Of a stretch of 64,000 nucleotides of DNA, positions 60,901 to 64,000 are shown in pieces. The stretch is taken from assembly GCA_965202585.1 (NCBI GenBank), contig OZ241827.1, forward strand, positions 18,972,001-19,036,000, given 5' to 3'. A model generated the notes under the pieces. The model worked only from the letters and a program-made list of their open reading frames with translations, had not been told where the DNA came from and searched no databases. The position numbers and the translations under genes were made by a program. Within the stretch, counting starts at the first letter, position 1, and every line of letters starts with the position of its first letter. This stretch comes from Thalia democratica (taxonomy: Eukaryota).

Positions 60901-62739
60901 ATTCAAGTACATGTATTCTTAGCTCAATTTAAACTGTGGTGCTTACATTTATTCAAACTGTCTAGTTTAGTTTATTATGATACGTTTTTGTTATGATGAT
61001 AAACCTTTAGTTGTTTTTATATTTAGTTTTAGCTTTTGTTTTATATAAACAAGTACAATTAATGTTTTAAGTGTTATTACTAAAAAATATTTTTTATTTT
61101 ATTTTTCATTTGGTAAAGCTATTGGATCTATTTTATTTTATAAAAATCTTGTAAATTACTGTATGATCTACATAGTGTTATTAAAAATTATAGTACACAA
61201 TTTAAGTTTTTTATAACCAGTTTTGTAAATTAAGAGTGGCTAACAGGTATAATAAAGTGCATTTTTATTCTTAAACCCAATATGTTTTGTTTATTTTTTT
61301 TATTAATTCAATCACTTAAAAACCTTTTTTTTTGTCTTATGAGTTGTACACACGCAGGAAAACTCATGTTTGTTAAAAAATGATGAGAATATCATGCTAA
61401 CTAAAGTTATTTTTGACACTTGTTGAGTCTCATGCTAGTCATTAGAACTTTTTCTTGAATTAAAATTATTTTATTGCCTTAATTTTATAAACTTGCTGTT
61501 TTAATGTATATATTGTCAGTTGGTAGTAGTTTTATCTTTGACTTATATAAATTATATGTAAATGCTCATATAAGTTGAGGGTATCCCTGTTATCAAAGGT
61601 TGATAACCATGTATCTTGTTTGCAGTAAATACTTGAAAAATTTTTAGATTTTTTAAGCTCTTTAAGTTTTAGTTAATAGTTTAGGTAAGTATCTAATTAC
61701 TTAACTATTTGGTTTAATGTACTAATAATTTTTAAGTTACTGACTAAATATTATATTTTTAAAACTCACCAGACTCAGAAGATAAACTACCTTTAGATGT
61801 TTAACAACCCAAAAATAGAGATATCTGAAATCTTGGAAATCAGTTGATAACTTAAAAGGTTTTTTTTATATGTAACAATTGATAGTAATTTAAAATACAA
61901 ATTTGAGTATTTATACTTTGAAATCAACTACACAATTTTTTTTTCTGAAAAACTTAGCTTTTTTTACTGAATATTTTAAAGCAAAGGTTTTTAAAGCAGA
62001 TTTAAGATTTTCATTTCTGTTTTTTATAAAAAATGTTTTTTTAGTTACTTCTTAAAGTATAATTTGTAATTTTAGTTTAATATTGCACAAATAATCATTT
62101 ATCATGTAAAGTCTAAAATCCTATTTCACTTATTATTTGAAAATTGATATTTTTTAACAATCTTGTAAGTATTGTTGTTCAACAGTTAGCAATGCAATTT
62201 TCAATATTTTCCATAAACTTAGACTATAATTTTTAATGGTTATAATCAGATTTTGCAAATATTTAAATAACATTTTTGAGTTCAAAACAAAATATGCTTT
62301 TCACTTATTAAGTAAATTAAATGGTTTAATGGGGTCATTGGGGTGAAGGGAGGCACATAACTTGTTATAACTTGTTAAAAAGATTTAGTTTTATTTTTAC
62401 TCAGTTAACTACGATATCGGTTGTTTTTTTTATTAAGTATAAGATAAACAAATAGCTTTACTTAAAACTTTGGTCATAATATGCTTTGTACTGTAGTATT
62501 AATTTCTTACTTAAACTTAAAAATGTAAATTTTAAACTTTGGTTTTTAAAGCAAAAACTTATAAATGAAATTTAATGTTGTGAAATTAATTATTAATATG
62601 CAATGTCTAAATACCTTTTTATTTTATTACTTTAAAACTCATTAATATTTTTCAATTATTGTTTCCATAATTTATTAAATACTATTTTTAAACACTATTT
62701 AATAGTTTAGTAACAAACATATTTTATGTTATTACTATA

Positions 62740-63540
62740 CTTAGACTTGAAATTTTTGATGTTTTTTTTTTGATTTTGCAAAACTTGGTTTTGTAATTTT
62801 ATTAATTAGATCATGTGGTTAATTGAGTCCATAGGGAGGGGGGGAAATCTGTTTATAACATTTAGTTTTAATTTTTCCTTATAAATTTGACAAAATCTTT
62901 TTAATAAAAAAAAGGAACTTAATTTTTTATATAGTTCATAAAATATTATAATTTGAATTTTAATAAATCTTTTTATGACAAGTGTTTTTTAATAATATCA
63001 AGATCTCTTTCTGAAAGTTTGAAGTAAATTGTTTTAAAGTTGAAAGAGATGGTAGACTTTTAGTTTTTTCTATAAATGCCAAGAAAATTGACTTAGACAG
63101 ATTTTCATACTTTACAGTTGACTGGATTTAATAAAAAAGTTTATATAACAAAAATTAATTAATTTTTTCTAAAGAAAGTATGTTCTAGCAAACTCTTTTT
63201 AAATATAGCCAATGTTTTTTTTTTTATAGTTTCGATCCCTTATGGCATTAACAAGTTGTACACACCTTGTATATAACATGTTACAAGCTTCTTAAGTAGT
63301 TTTATTCATAGAAGCCTTATGCTTTTTACCATTTTTTAATGGCTAATTGTTATGTTTTTTGGTATAAACAATAAATTTATTATATGTTACAATGTTGTCA
63401 TAATTATATACCTACATTTTTAAATTTTATTTTAACCAAAGGTGTTATTAATAGAGTGGAAATTATTTTATAACAAAAGTCGGGACTAAACAATCTTAAA
63501 ATTATAAAAAAGTATTTAAAGCATGGCTAAACTTAAATAT
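62740..63540 (+). repeat. Dispersed repeat, second copy
   Basis: Same anchors as 60050-60900. Confidence 0.8.
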
Positions 63541-64000
63541 AAATCATGACTAAACTTTTACTGTTTATTTATTAGTTCATTTTATTTGACAAATAGATTA
63601 TGTTAATATTCTTCTTCAAAAAAATAACGATCGAACCTTTTCAGGTTAGATCTGCAATAAACACACTTAAACAGAATCTGAAAGACTTCATTTACACGCC
63701 AAATTCAAGTAAGCTTAGTTTTGATGACAAAGCAAATATAACTAGTTTTTTAATTTAAGCTTTTATTAAATAAATATGGTATAACATTAGTTTTTAATTA
63801 TTTACTCAAAAATAAACATCTATTTACTTATAAACGCCAACAAATGTACTACTACTTTCTTATAACCAAAAATTACTAACATTAAGTTAAAGATTTAGTC
63901 TAATCAGTTTTTGGTTAAATTTAACAACAGTGAAATAAATAAATGTTATTTATTCTCTAATGATTTAAATAGTTTTTATTTATCCATATAACTGAATTTT

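Noticed and set aside
1-64000. CRISPR array, prokaryotic defence island or endogenous giant virus
   Set aside because: No regularly spaced repeat-spacer array, low gene density, no viral core genes, and abundant eukaryotic TEs and splice signals.

Overview
Very AT-rich eukaryotic DNA, probably from an invertebrate animal, and dense in transposons. I found no rRNA, tRNA, CRISPR array or prokaryotic operon. Host-like genes: (1) two direct-orientation paralogs about 54 kb apart of a ~640-aa protein with two tandem PARP/ART-like domains (54011-55930 intact; 188-2098 has one nonsense codon), inside a ~4-kb segmental duplication; (2) a probably two-exon coiled-coil/RING gene whose last Zn ligand is Tyr; (3) an intronless, strongly diverged UBL5/Hub1 paralog; (4) a 299-aa GC-rich repeat orphan with a single lysine; (5) two Kelch relics. 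Mobile DNA: a near-intact 5'-truncated Penelope-like element (RT+GIY-YIG) with a U3-A8 hammerhead-like motif, a second PLE fragment, a CR1/L2-type LINE, two ~3.1-3.3-kb non-autonomous Buster-type hAT elements, several hAT/MULE-like MITEs (two with paralogous empty sites), a 1-kb foldback element, an LTR-like segment and decayed hAT/Academ-like transposases. Best candidate for a new system (inference only): a birth-and-death cluster of ADP-ribosylation and ubiquitin-pathway genes. All family assignments are by-eye motif recognition, not database searches.
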